Below, piece after piece: positions 1 to 8,488 of a stretch of DNA of 64,000 nt. Numbering within the stretch: the first letter of the stretch is position 1; each line of letters begins with the position of its first letter. Below the pieces are notes generated by a model. The model saw only the letters and a program-made list of their open reading frames with translations, searched no databases and was not told the origin of the DNA. A program made the translations under genes and the position numbers. The stretch is from an uncultured Gammaproteobacteria bacterium. Lineage in GTDB: Bacteria > Patescibacteriota > Patescibacteriia > UBA1558 > UBA10009. The stretch spans positions 74,031 to 138,030 of the forward strand of contig CAZPMS010000003.1 of NCBI GenBank assembly GCA_964588165.1, in the 5' to 3' direction.

Positions 1-1082
1 ATAGTGTTTCTTTTTTGCCTGTCACAGGCATTTAAAAGTGATCCCAACGGAAAATTTAAAAATAAAAACATTAAACTAACTACCAAAATCTGCAAAGTTA
101 AAATAGAGGGTTCATATTCCGGAGTGTAAACTTTTAAAATTAGCGGCTTAGCTAAAGCTATTGCTCCAAGTGTAATAGGTACAGCAATTATACCTAAATA
201 AACCATAGCTTTTTCAAAAGTTTTCCTTAATAAATCTTTTGAACTAACAAAGTAAGATGCGAAGGCCGGATATAATGAGGCCACAAAAGCCATAGGAATA
301 AACTGCAGAGAGAAAACAATTTTATAAGGAATACTGTAATAGCCTACGGCCGTTTCATCTATCATTTGGTTTAGTAAAACCGTATCCAGATAACCGTAGA
401 CCCTAGTAAAAATAGCAGCCAAAGCAAATGGGATTGTAATGATGATGATTGACTTAATTATTGGTTTTTCTGCCTTCTTAAAAAATTTAAGTTTGAGTTT
501 GGTTTTTATTAAAGTAAAAGAATAGATGAAGTTGAAACTACTGGCCGCAAGTATTGCCAACATTAAAATTCTTAAATCACCGGTTAGATTTACTATAGTA
601 ATACCAATAACGGTAACAATTAGCTGGAAGATGATGGTACCAATACTTTCCAATTTTAAATTTTGGTGTCCACGTAGGAAAGCATAAAAAGTTAAAGTAA
701 ATGAATCCAAAACCATTATAATGCCGGTGATATAAACTAATTGACGAACCAGTTCGGGATTATCTAAAAAGTTAATTAAAACTACAGCCAATAAATAAGT
801 GAAAATTGCCAAAGGTATTTTAATGGCCATGGCTGCTGATAAATACTTCTGGCTTTTTTCTTTGTATTTAGATACTTCCCTTACTAAAACGTTGGAAATG
901 CCAATATCTATTATTACCGCCAAAATGGTGGTAAAGAATAAAGCAAAAGCATATTGGCCCAGATTAGCCGCCCCGATTTTGACTGCAATATACGAAAAAT
1001 ATCCAAATGAAATTAGCTTTTGGATAATTAAGGCCAGCGTAAAATAGCTGGTGTTTTTAGCAATTTTTTCTTCGTTATACAT
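1..1082 (-). CDS. Partial CDS (C-terminal part lies beyond window start): MOP-superfamily polysaccharide/oligosaccharide flippase (Wzx/MurJ-like) membrane protein
   Basis: Own translation of the minus strand from the ATG at about 1080-1082 gives a continuous, highly hydrophobic multi-TM protein (MYNEEKIAKNTSYFTLALIIQKLISFGYFSYIAVKIGAANLGQYAFALFF...). It has a polysaccharide-biosynthesis-protein-like N-terminus. It is not in the ORF track because it runs off the window edge. Confidence 0.5.
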   Translation of the reverse strand, partial: MYNEEKIAKNTSYFTLALIIQKLISFGYFSYIAVKIGAANLGQYAFALFFTTILAVIIDIGISNVLVREVSKYKEKSQKYLSAAMAIKIPLAIFTYLLAVVLINFLDNPELVRQLVYITGIIMVLDSFTLTFYAFLRGHQNLKLESIGTIIFQLIVTVIGITIVNLTGDLRILMLAILAASSFNFIYSFTLIKTKLKLKFFKKAEKPIIKSIIIITIPFALAAIFTRVYGYLDTVLLNQMIDETAVGYYSIPYKIVFSLQFIPMAFVASLYPAFASYFVSSKDLLRKTFEKAMVYLGIIAVPITLGAIALAKPLILKVYTPEYEPSILTLQILVVSLMFLFLNFPLGSLLNACDRQKRNT

Positions 1083-1169
1083 AGAAAAAGTGGGCTTATT
1101 ATACCAAAAATAAAGGTATTTGTAAAAAAATACCCTTTCCACAATTAGTTGTGTACTCGGGTATTAAGT

Positions 1170-2138
1170 TTAGGCTTCAAAAGACCTGGTGCCAGAAAGG
1201 AGCAGGCCGATTTTCCTTTCTACCTCGTTAAGTTGAGTAGGAATGAGTTCATATCCTGCCTGTTGGAATTCTTCCACTAAATCATCCAAGTTAGGCAAAG
1301 AAATGGTCTCGTTCCCAGGGACCAAATTTGGTTTGTAAGGAGAAAGTTTTACCATGAACAAATCTGGAGAAAGCACTTGAACAATTTCCTCCACCCGGCA
1401 GTGCGATGTTGTGGTTAGAGTAAAAGCTAAGGTTGGTTTTCTGCCAGTTTGCTCCAGCCATTCTTCGGCCACCTTTCTGATTTTCCAATCATTCATCAAG
1501 GCCTGCCGCCCATACTGTTGCCGGATATCTTGGCTGGTACTAACCATGGAAATCTGCAGATGGATTATATTGCTGTAAAGTTGGTTAAAGCTTATCAATG
1601 AATCCAAATTCTCCCTAACCAACTCACTATCCGGCAAAACTGTTGAAACTTTAAGATAAGCCGGCAGTACTTCCGTTAGTTTTCCAATAATTTGCATGCA
1701 ATCTGGGTTTAACAATAGTTCCCCTCCGTCAGTAAAACTAAACTTAAACGGAGGCCTTATTTGGGCTCCTACTTTTTGTGCTTGCTGTACCAAAATTGCT
1801 ACCTGTTCTACAACTTCACTTACTTCCAAATTTCTACTGAACCCTGGTACGCCACAAAACGGACAATTGAATCTACATCCAATCTGAGGCGATAACTCAA
1901 AAGTTGACCCTCTGTCTAAAAAATCATTTGGAAATAAAGTGAAGGTAGTTATTCTTCTTGGCTCTTGATTCGCATAATTTACAAAGGCCGTAACAAACTT
2001 ATCTCCAAAAACGTTAAACTCACCCGACCTGACTTTTAAGACATTTGTTAGGTTAATGGCAGTTTCTGCAAAAGATTGAACAGATTGCCTGCTCTGGGCT
2101 AAACACATAGTATCTCCTTTTTTGAAAAGAACAAACAA
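1170..2138 (-). CDS. Radical SAM enzyme, RlmN/Cfr-like (rRNA/tRNA adenine C2-methyltransferase family)
   Basis: CxxxCxxC cluster in QIGCRFNCPFCGVPGFSRNLEVSEVVEQV. This matches the RlmN pattern GCxxxCxFCxTGxxGxxRNLxxxEIVxQ. The RlmN-type C-terminal AACGQL motif is not seen, so the precise family is uncertain. Confidence 0.55.
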   Translation of the reverse strand: MFVLFKKGDTMCLAQSRQSVQSFAETAINLTNVLKVRSGEFNVFGDKFVTAFVNYANQEPRRITTFTLFPNDFLDRGSTFELSPQIGCRFNCPFCGVPGFSRNLEVSEVVEQVAILVQQAQKVGAQIRPPFKFSFTDGGELLLNPDCMQIIGKLTEVLPAYLKVSTVLPDSELVRENLDSLISFNQLYSNIIHLQISMVSTSQDIRQQYGRQALMNDWKIRKVAEEWLEQTGRKPTLAFTLTTTSHCRVEEIVQVLSPDLFMVKLSPYKPNLVPGNETISLPNLDDLVEEFQQAGYELIPTQLNEVERKIGLLLSGTRSFEA

Positions 2139-2299
2139 AAAAGATCTCCGTTGTAGGAGCTCTTTGTAATTTTTTATCTTATATATTTAATCAAAGAAGT
2201 CCCACAACGTTTAATCGAGGTTTCTTGATTTTCTTTGAATTTAAATATATATTTCTCATCCTGAGATAATATTATCACAAACCATAATTTTGTCAAAAC

Positions 2300-2335
2300 T
2301 TGAAAAAATAGCCAACAAAGAGTAGAATTCTTAGT
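2300..2335 (+). promoter_or_regulatory. Predicted sigma70-like promoter of dus (TTGAAA-17-TAGAAT), ending 7 nt before the ATG (likely leaderless mRNA)
   Basis: ttgaaa at 2300-2305, tagaat at 2323-2328, ATG at 2336. Confidence 0.3.
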
Positions 2336-3307
2336 ATGTCTAACTTCTGGGAAAAACTGAATAAGCCTTTTACTGTCCTCTCCCCTATGTGCGGAGTGAC
2401 TGATTTGCCGTACCGTCTAATCTGCCATAAATACGGTGCTGATGTGGTTTATACTGAAATGATTATGGTCCAAGCCTTAAGCCATGGTGGTGAGAAGACG
2501 TTAAGGCTGGCAAAAATTGATAAAAAAGAAAAGCCGGTCGTTTTACAACTGGGCGGCAAAGATCCGGAACTTTTTTATAAATCTGCCAAAATTGCAGCTG
2601 ATGAGATAAAACCGGACGGGATTGATATTAACTTTGGCTGCCCTGCTAAAAAAGTAGCCGGCCATGGCAGTGGCGTGGCCTTGCTTAGAGATTTAAATTT
2701 AGCTAAAGAAATTACCCAAGCCACTATAGAGGGTGCCAGCGGACTTCCAGTTTCTATAAAAACAAGGTCCATGATTAAATCTAAGGACAAAAGTAAAACA
2801 ATTACCAGTTTGGATTTACTTGATAAGATTAATGACCTGCCTATTGCTGCTGTAATGATCCATGGTCGGAGTTTTGAAGCACCTTGGATAGAAGAAGTTG
2901 ATTATGATTATATAAAAAGTGTAAGGGATTATTATAAAGGAATTTTAATTGCCAATGGTGGCATTAATGAACCAGCTAAAGCCAAAAAAGTTTTAGATAT
3001 TACTAAAGCTGACGGTGTGGCTATTGGCCACGGTGTTTATGGCCGGCCCTGGATTTTTAACCAGATTAAACAATACCTCAAATCCGGTAAATTTGATGAA
3101 ATGAGTTGGCCTGAAAAAAGAAAAATTGCCATAGAACATGCCAAGCTGGCTTACAAACTTAAAGGTGACCACGGATTGATTGAACTGCGGAAACAACTGT
3201 TGTGGTATGTAAAAGGCCTGCCTAATGCCACTGATTACAGATCTACTCTAGTAAGACTTAAAGCTGTTGATGAAATAAAAAAAGCTTTAATGGATATTAA
3301 CCTTTAG
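2336..3307 (+). CDS. dus: tRNA-dihydrouridine synthase
   Basis: LSPMCGVTDLPYRLICHKYGADVVYTEMI N-terminal Dus signature; TIM-barrel length 323 aa. Confidence 0.9.
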   Translation: MSNFWEKLNKPFTVLSPMCGVTDLPYRLICHKYGADVVYTEMIMVQALSHGGEKTLRLAKIDKKEKPVVLQLGGKDPELFYKSAKIAADEIKPDGIDINFGCPAKKVAGHGSGVALLRDLNLAKEITQATIEGASGLPVSIKTRSMIKSKDKSKTITSLDLLDKINDLPIAAVMIHGRSFEAPWIEEVDYDYIKSVRDYYKGILIANGGINEPAKAKKVLDITKADGVAIGHGVYGRPWIFNQIKQYLKSGKFDEMSWPEKRKIAIEHAKLAYKLKGDHGLIELRKQLLWYVKGLPNATDYRSTLVRLKAVDEIKKALMDINL

Positions 3308-3974
3308 AGCTTTTGATCTTTTTATCACCTTCTTTTTTAGTCTTATTATAAGAATCAATTAGAATTTTATGCATATATAAAACTCCTTCAATATATTTAC
3401 CTTTATCAGCCAAATTTAAACTATCTAAATACTTATTTTTATTTTTACTAATAATAAAATTTATTAGTACCGGGAAAGATATTTCTGACAACCCTTCATA
3501 TCTTAAAACAAGGCACATTAATAACCTAGCCATTCTTCCATTTCCATCTACAAAAGGATGAATAATTATAAATTTATGGTGAATATACCAAGCAATGAAA
3601 ATTTTATAGAAAATTCTTTTATCTATTACTTTAAGATTTTTATAATTCTTTACATTTTTAATAAAATGTTTCCTATATTTCGGTCCCCATTTATGCTTAT
3701 TATTAATAAAATCGATTAAGTCAATAATTTCACTTTCAATTTTCCATGCTTTAGTTGGACTAAATGTTTTCTTTGCAATTTCCAGTTTATGTAATTTAGT
3801 TCTATACTTACCTGCATCTTTAGGCTTATGTGCTAATAAATCTTTATGAATCATTAGAAAAAAACTCCCTCTTAAGCGGAGTTTATTTCTCTTAAATCTA
3901 TCTAAGTAGAAAGCTGCATTTTGAGATGCCTTATATAGATTTTTTACCTCTTTAATAGGTAAATTCTTAGACAT
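3297..3974 (-). CDS. fic: Fic family protein (AMPylation/filamentation induced by cAMP domain)
   Basis: Canonical Fic motif HPFVDGNGRMARLLM. The track ORF starts at a TTG at 4004; an in-frame ATG (MSKNLPIKEV) at about 3974 is the more likely start. Confidence 0.8.
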   Translation of the reverse strand: MSKNLPIKEVKNLYKASQNAAFYLDRFKRNKLRLRGSFFLMIHKDLLAHKPKDAGKYRTKLHKLEIAKKTFSPTKAWKIESEIIDLIDFINNKHKWGPKYRKHFIKNVKNYKNLKVIDKRIFYKIFIAWYIHHKFIIIHPFVDGNGRMARLLMCLVLRYEGLSEISFPVLINFIISKNKNKYLDSLNLADKGKYIEGVLYMHKILIDSYNKTKKEGDKKIKSSKG

Positions 3975-3978
3975 ACTT

Positions 3979-4158
3979 CTAATTAGAAATCTTCTGACTT
4001 TCAATTTTTACAGAGCTTTCACTTTCAATATAAAATAAATCTTTAGTTATACTTTTACGTTTTTGTTTGCCGAGCTTTTTAAAATCATTAAAAGACTTCC
4101 TATAACCATTGTAGGCACTGTGAAATTTTTCTAATTCTTTCTTATTTAAAGCGACCAT
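3979..4158 (-). CDS. Small ORF (59 aa) directly upstream of and translationally coupled to fic; candidate Fic partner/antitoxin-like protein
   Basis: Own translation: MVALNKKELEKFHSAYNGYRKSFNDFKKLGKQKRKSITKDLFYIESESSVKIESQKISN. The stop lies 5 nt before the fic ATG. There is only a partial match (SVKIES) to the Fic inhibitory [ST]xxxE[GN] motif. Confidence 0.3.
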   Translation of the reverse strand: MVALNKKELEKFHSAYNGYRKSFNDFKKLGKQKRKSITKDLFYIESESSVKIESQKISN

Positions 4159-4301
4159 TTTAATTTTTTAATAGACTTTTTAGTAGCTAAAATATTATAC
4201 TATATATATCAAATAAACTCAAGCAACAAAAAACCCGCCAATTTGACAAGGTTTTTTATATAAAATTTTTGATACGTGATATACGATACAAGATACACAA
4301 T

Positions 4302-4883
4302 TTACCTCTTTGCCCACTGTGGCGCACGTCTGGCTCTTTTTAAGCCAGGTTTTTTTCGTTCTTTTTTTCTGGAATCTCTGGTTAAATAACCTTCGCCTCT
4401 TAAAGTTTTCTTTAGGCTTTCATCCATTTTTAGTAAAACTCTGCCTATGCCATGCCTTACAGCTTCGGCCTGGCCTCTTTTGCCGCCACCAGTAACTTTT
4501 ACAGTAACTCTGTATTTGCCTAAAAAATTTAGTTTTTTAAATGGCGCTTCTACAATTTGTTGATATTCAAAAAATGGAAAATATAATTTATAATCTTTTT
4601 CATTAACAATAATTTCACCTTTATTATCTTTAGTATATAAACGTACTCTGGCAGTTGAAGTTTTTCTTCTGCCCACAGCATAAAGATAAGGTAATTTTTT
4701 TACCCGCTTTGCCGGAGCCGAAGCGAGGCGAGCCACCTTTTTAGGTTTTACAGCCTCTGACTCTTTTTTAACAAGAGGTTTTTTTTCGCCCGAAGCGGAT
4801 CTGCCTTTGGCGGAAGCTTTTGGTTTAGCAGGAGCTTTTTTCTCAGTTTTCTTCTTTGGAGTTGTTTTCTTAGTAGTTGGCAT
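4302..4883 (-). CDS. rpsI: 30S ribosomal protein S9 with about 60-aa lysine/alanine/proline-rich N-terminal extension
   Basis: C-terminal GGGKRGQAEAVRHGIGRVLL S9 signature; ends in the conserved ...KR; histone-H1-like N-tail. Confidence 0.9.
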   Translation of the reverse strand: MPTTKKTTPKKKTEKKAPAKPKASAKGRSASGEKKPLVKKESEAVKPKKVARLASAPAKRVKKLPYLYAVGRRKTSTARVRLYTKDNKGEIIVNEKDYKLYFPFFEYQQIVEAPFKKLNFLGKYRVTVKVTGGGKRGQAEAVRHGIGRVLLKMDESLKKTLRGEGYLTRDSRKKERKKPGLKRARRAPQWAKR

Positions 4884-4884
4884 A

Positions 4885-5265
4885 TTAACTAATGGTAAGT
4901 CTTTTTATCATTTCTTTTCTTAATTTATTTTTTGGCAGCATTTGGAAAACCATTTTTCTAAATAACTTATCTGGATTTTCTTTAAAAATTTTAGATAAAG
5001 GAGTTGTTTTTATACCACCCGGATACTGGGTATGCCTGTGATAAACTTTTTTTTCTAACTTTTTACCTGTAAATTTTAATTGGGAAATATTTTCTATAGC
5101 CACAAAATCACCCTGGTCTAAATGAGGTTGGTAATTAACCTTATGCTTGCCCATCAATAAAATGGCCACCTCCGAAGCTAATCTTCCGGGCACTTTGCCG
5201 GTTGCATCTATTTTATGTTTTTCTCTGCCCGCCGGATTGGAGGGACTGATATTTTCTGGAGTCAT
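4885..5265 (-). CDS. rplM: 50S ribosomal protein L13
   Basis: IDATGKVPGRLASEVAILLMGKHK...YPGG L13 signature. Confidence 0.9.
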   Translation of the reverse strand: MTPENISPSNPAGREKHKIDATGKVPGRLASEVAILLMGKHKVNYQPHLDQGDFVAIENISQLKFTGKKLEKKVYHRHTQYPGGIKTTPLSKIFKENPDKLFRKMVFQMLPKNKLRKEMIKRLTIS

Positions 5266-5270
5266 ATAAT

Positions 5271-5621
5271 TTAAACAAATTCAATTTGGGCCATTTTGGC
5301 ACCGTCGCCTTTCCTGGGTCCCATTTTAATTATTCTTAAATAACCGCCCTTTCTTTCTTTATATCTTGGCCCTAATACCTCAAAAGCTTTTTTAACGGCA
5401 TTCTTAATAGGCAACCTAGAAATTATTAAACGCCGGTTGGCCAAAGTGTCTTTTTTAGCCCTGGTAATAATTTTTTCTACAATTGGCTTAACTGTTTTAG
5501 CCTTGGCTTCAGTTGTTTTAATTTTTTCGTACAAAATTATTTGGCAAGCTAAACTGCCCAGCAAGGCTTTTCTGGGAGCTTTTTTTCTATCTAAAATTTT
5601 CTTTTTATTCCTGTGTCTCAT
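5271..5621 (-). CDS. rplQ: 50S ribosomal protein L17
   Basis: MRHRNKKKILDRKKAPRKALLGSLA... typical L17. Confidence 0.9.
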   Translation of the reverse strand: MRHRNKKKILDRKKAPRKALLGSLACQIILYEKIKTTEAKAKTVKPIVEKIITRAKKDTLANRRLIISRLPIKNAVKKAFEVLGPRYKERKGGYLRIIKMGPRKGDGAKMAQIEFV

Positions 5622-5687
5622 ATATTAATAATTGAAAATTGATGACTAATGACTGATTATAATTTATTAATCATCGATCATTAATTT

Positions 5688-6572
5688 TTATTTATCAGTT
5701 TTTTTAGGTCTGCCTCTTTTTTTCTTAGGTTTATCTTCTTTATCCTCCGTAGCCTCAGCAGAGGAAGATTCCTCTTTTTTTATTTCTTCTTTCTCTTCTT
5801 TATCGTCTGTAGCTTCCTGACTGCCGGCAGGCACGGCAGTGGAAGAAGATTTTTTGGCTTTCTTGGTTTTCTTTTTTGCTTCTTTAGGAGTGCTTTCTTC
5901 AAAAATAAATTGGAATTGTTCCACTAAAATTTCACTGGCCTTGGCAATTGCCTCTTGTGGAGTGATAGAACCGTCAGTTTCCAGTTTTAAAACAAGTTTT
6001 TCAAAGTCTGTCCTGTCGCCAACACGAATATTTTCAATTTCAAAACCAACACTAACCAATGGAGAGTAAAAAGCGTCTACTAAAATTGTGCCTGTATCAA
6101 TTTTTTCTTTAGACCTATCATCAACAGTTACATATCCCCTGCCTTTTTCTACAATAAGTTCCATTTCTAAAGCTGCATCTTTGGAAGTTAAAGTTGCAAT
6201 TTCTGCATCACTATTAATAATTTCTACTTGGGCGTTCTTTTCGATATCAGCGGCAGTAACTTTTTTTTCGCCCTTGGCATTAAGCTTTAGAATAACCGGC
6301 TCATCAGAAAAAAACTTAAGCCTTATTTTTTTAATGTTTAAAACCAATTCAACCATATCTTCTTTTATATTTGGCAGTGCTGAAAATTCATGTTGAGTGC
6401 CTTCAATTTTTACAGCAGTTATGGCAGCGCCTTCTATAGAAGAAAGCAAAACCCTTCTTAAAGAATTTCCCAAAGTAACACCATAGCCGGAAAAGCAAGG
6501 GCCAATACTTACCTCGGCTTTATTGCCTTTGGCTTCTTTAATTTCTAAATTTTGTGGTAATGGTATATTCAT
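5688..6572 (-). CDS. rpoA: DNA-directed RNA polymerase alpha subunit. The canonical alpha-CTD is apparently replaced by an acidic/lysine-rich tail ending in an AT-hook.
   Basis: N-terminal alpha-NTD (GPCFSGYGVTLGNSLRRVLLSSIEGAAITAVKIEG). The C-terminus is ...DKEDKPKKKRGRPKKTDK, with an RGRP AT-hook core. Confidence 0.9.
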   Translation of the reverse strand: MNIPLPQNLEIKEAKGNKAEVSIGPCFSGYGVTLGNSLRRVLLSSIEGAAITAVKIEGTQHEFSALPNIKEDMVELVLNIKKIRLKFFSDEPVILKLNAKGEKKVTAADIEKNAQVEIINSDAEIATLTSKDAALEMELIVEKGRGYVTVDDRSKEKIDTGTILVDAFYSPLVSVGFEIENIRVGDRTDFEKLVLKLETDGSITPQEAIAKASEILVEQFQFIFEESTPKEAKKKTKKAKKSSSTAVPAGSQEATDDKEEKEEIKKEESSSAEATEDKEDKPKKKRGRPKKTDK

Positions 6573-6630
6573 ATAACCTCCGTTGAATTTTTAATTTTAA
6601 CTTTTGAAATTTATAATTTATAATTTATTT

Positions 6631-7266
6631 CTATCTTGAATAAAACTCAATTATTAACTGCGGATCAAATGGTGCTTGGAGTTCTTCTTTTTTGGGCAAG
6701 GCCACCATTTTACCTTGAAAATTTTTAGCATCTAAAGTAAGCCAACCCGGCACTTCTGAAACTTTTTCCAATTTAGGAGCTCTGGTTTGCCAATATGTTT
6801 TCTTGCGATAAGAATCTTTAACTTCAAAAACATCACCAACTTTTACCTGATAACTGGGAATATCCAATTTTTTGCCATTTACAACAAAGTGGGCGTGGTT
6901 AACCAATTGCCTAGCTTGGTCTCTGCTATCGCCAAAACCGCATCTATAAACCACATTATCCAAACGGGTTTCTAAAAGTCGTAGCAGATTTTCTGAAGTA
7001 TCGCCTGCCTGCTTATTAGCCTTAAGATAATAGTTATGAAACTGTTTTTCTAAAATCCGATACATTCTTTTAGCCTTCTGTTTCTCTCTTAAACGGATTC
7101 CATAGCCGGAAAGCCTATTAAACTTTTTCATGGGTCCATGAACACCCGGCGGATATGGCCTTTTTACAATTGGATTTTTAGAAGAAAAGCTTTTTTCACC
7201 CTTTAAAAAAAGTTTGGTTCCTTCTCTTCTTTCTATTTTACCTTTTGGTCTTAAATCTCTTCCCAT
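6631..7266 (-). CDS. rpsD: 30S ribosomal protein S4
   Basis: MGRDLRPKGKIERREGTKLFLKGEKS... S4 signature; S4 domain in the C-terminal half. Confidence 0.9.
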   Translation of the reverse strand: MGRDLRPKGKIERREGTKLFLKGEKSFSSKNPIVKRPYPPGVHGPMKKFNRLSGYGIRLREKQKAKRMYRILEKQFHNYYLKANKQAGDTSENLLRLLETRLDNVVYRCGFGDSRDQARQLVNHAHFVVNGKKLDIPSYQVKVGDVFEVKDSYRKKTYWQTRAPKLEKVSEVPGWLTLDAKNFQGKMVALPKKEELQAPFDPQLIIEFYSR

Positions 7267-7381
7267 ATATTAATTAATGATTGATAATTGATGATTAATT
7301 ATTTAAATCTTTCCCTACCTGCCTCGCTCTGCCTCGCCGGCAGGCAGGCGGCAGGCTGGCTAGCTAGCTACTAGCTACTCG

Positions 7382-7780
7382 CTAGACTCTTCTTGGTTTT
7401 CGTGGCCTGCAACCGTTATGAGGAATAGGCGTCATGTCTTTAATTGATAAAACTTCTATGCCGTTGGCATGTAAAGCCCTTACAGCCGATTCCCGACCAG
7501 AACCCACGCCTTTAACAAAAACTTCAACCTGTTGCATTCCGGTATCTTTAATTTTTTCAACAACGTTTCTTACAATAATTCCGGCAGCATAAGGAGTAGA
7601 CTTTTTAGGCCCTTTAAAACCGTTTTGGCCAGCGGATGAACTTGCCACAACGCTGCCATTTTGATCGGTAATGGTAATAATAGTATTATTATAAGTTGCT
7701 AAAATATGCGCCTGTCCGCGCCTGATATTTCGCTTTACTTTCTTTTTTCTTTTTTTAGTAACTTTTTTTACAGTTGCCAT
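7382..7780 (-). CDS. rpsK: 30S ribosomal protein S11
   Basis: GQAHILATYNNTIITITDQNGSVV...GFKGPKKSTPYAAG S11 signature. Confidence 0.9.
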   Translation of the reverse strand: MATVKKVTKKRKKKVKRNIRRGQAHILATYNNTIITITDQNGSVVASSSAGQNGFKGPKKSTPYAAGIIVRNVVEKIKDTGMQQVEVFVKGVGSGRESAVRALHANGIEVLSIKDMTPIPHNGCRPRKPRRV

Positions 7781-7904
7781 TTTTTTAATAGAATAATAGC
7801 TTAATAGTGTAATTGTGAAATTGTCTATTTTATTAATTCGTTTATTTGTCTGATAATTTTCATCTCAATTAACCTATTATACAATTACACAATAAGTCAA
7901 TTAA

Positions 7905-8297
7905 TTATGTTTTCTGAGCAGTTGGTTTTCTGCCACTACCCATAGTTCTTCTTTTATTACCTCTAGAAGTTCTGGAATTAGTTTTTGTTCTTTGGCCCCT
8001 AGCCGGTAAATTTTTAGAATGCCTGGCGCCTCTATAACTTTTAATTTCCTTTAATCTTTTAATATTTGATAAAACCTCTCTTCTTAATTCACCCTCTACT
8101 TTGAATTCCTTTTCAATATAATCTCTCAAATTTTTACCTTCTGTATCAGTTAAATCTTTAACTCTGGTATCGGGGCTAATATTTAATTCAGTCAAAATCT
8201 TTCTGGCCCTAGTTGAACCAACGCCATAAATAGCCAAAAGACCTGCTTCTATTCTTTTTTCATTTGGTAAGGTTATGCCTGCTATTCTTAATGCCAT
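7905..8297 (-). CDS. rpsM: 30S ribosomal protein S13
   Basis: MALRIAGITLPNEKRIEAGLLAIYGVG... S13 signature. Confidence 0.9.
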   Translation of the reverse strand: MALRIAGITLPNEKRIEAGLLAIYGVGSTRARKILTELNISPDTRVKDLTDTEGKNLRDYIEKEFKVEGELRREVLSNIKRLKEIKSYRGARHSKNLPARGQRTKTNSRTSRGNKRRTMGSGRKPTAQKT

Positions 8298-8374
8298 AAA
8301 ATTTAGTAAATAGTAATTAGTAACTGGTAACTAGTTTATTTTTGATTACTGATTACTAGTTACTAGTCCCCGAC

Positions 8375-8488
8375 TTATCCCTGCCTCTGTTTATGTTTAG
8401 GATTTTTGCATAAGCAAACCAAGCGGCCTTTTCTTCTGACCACTTTACAATCTTTGCACATCTTTTTTACTGAAGCACGAACTTTCAT
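8375..8488 (-). CDS. rpmJ: 50S ribosomal protein L36 (37 aa; below the ORF-track size cutoff)
   Basis: Own translation: [37 protein letters not shown]. This has the Zn-ribbon CxxC...CxC L36 signature. It sits between infA and rpsM, as in the canonical operon order. Confidence 0.8.
   Translation of the reverse strand: MKVRASVKKMCKDCKVVRRKGRLVCLCKNPKHKQRQG

Noticed and set aside
799-1047. Plus-strand 82-aa ORF and similar antisense ORFs (e.g. 1291-1488, 1696-1887, 5437-5628, 5839-6396, 41001-41348, 41730-42071, 43858-44288, 62033-62854)
   Set aside because: They lie entirely inside better-supported genes on the opposite strand with recognisable homology. They have low-complexity or hydrophobic composition typical of shadow ORFs in AT-rich DNA.
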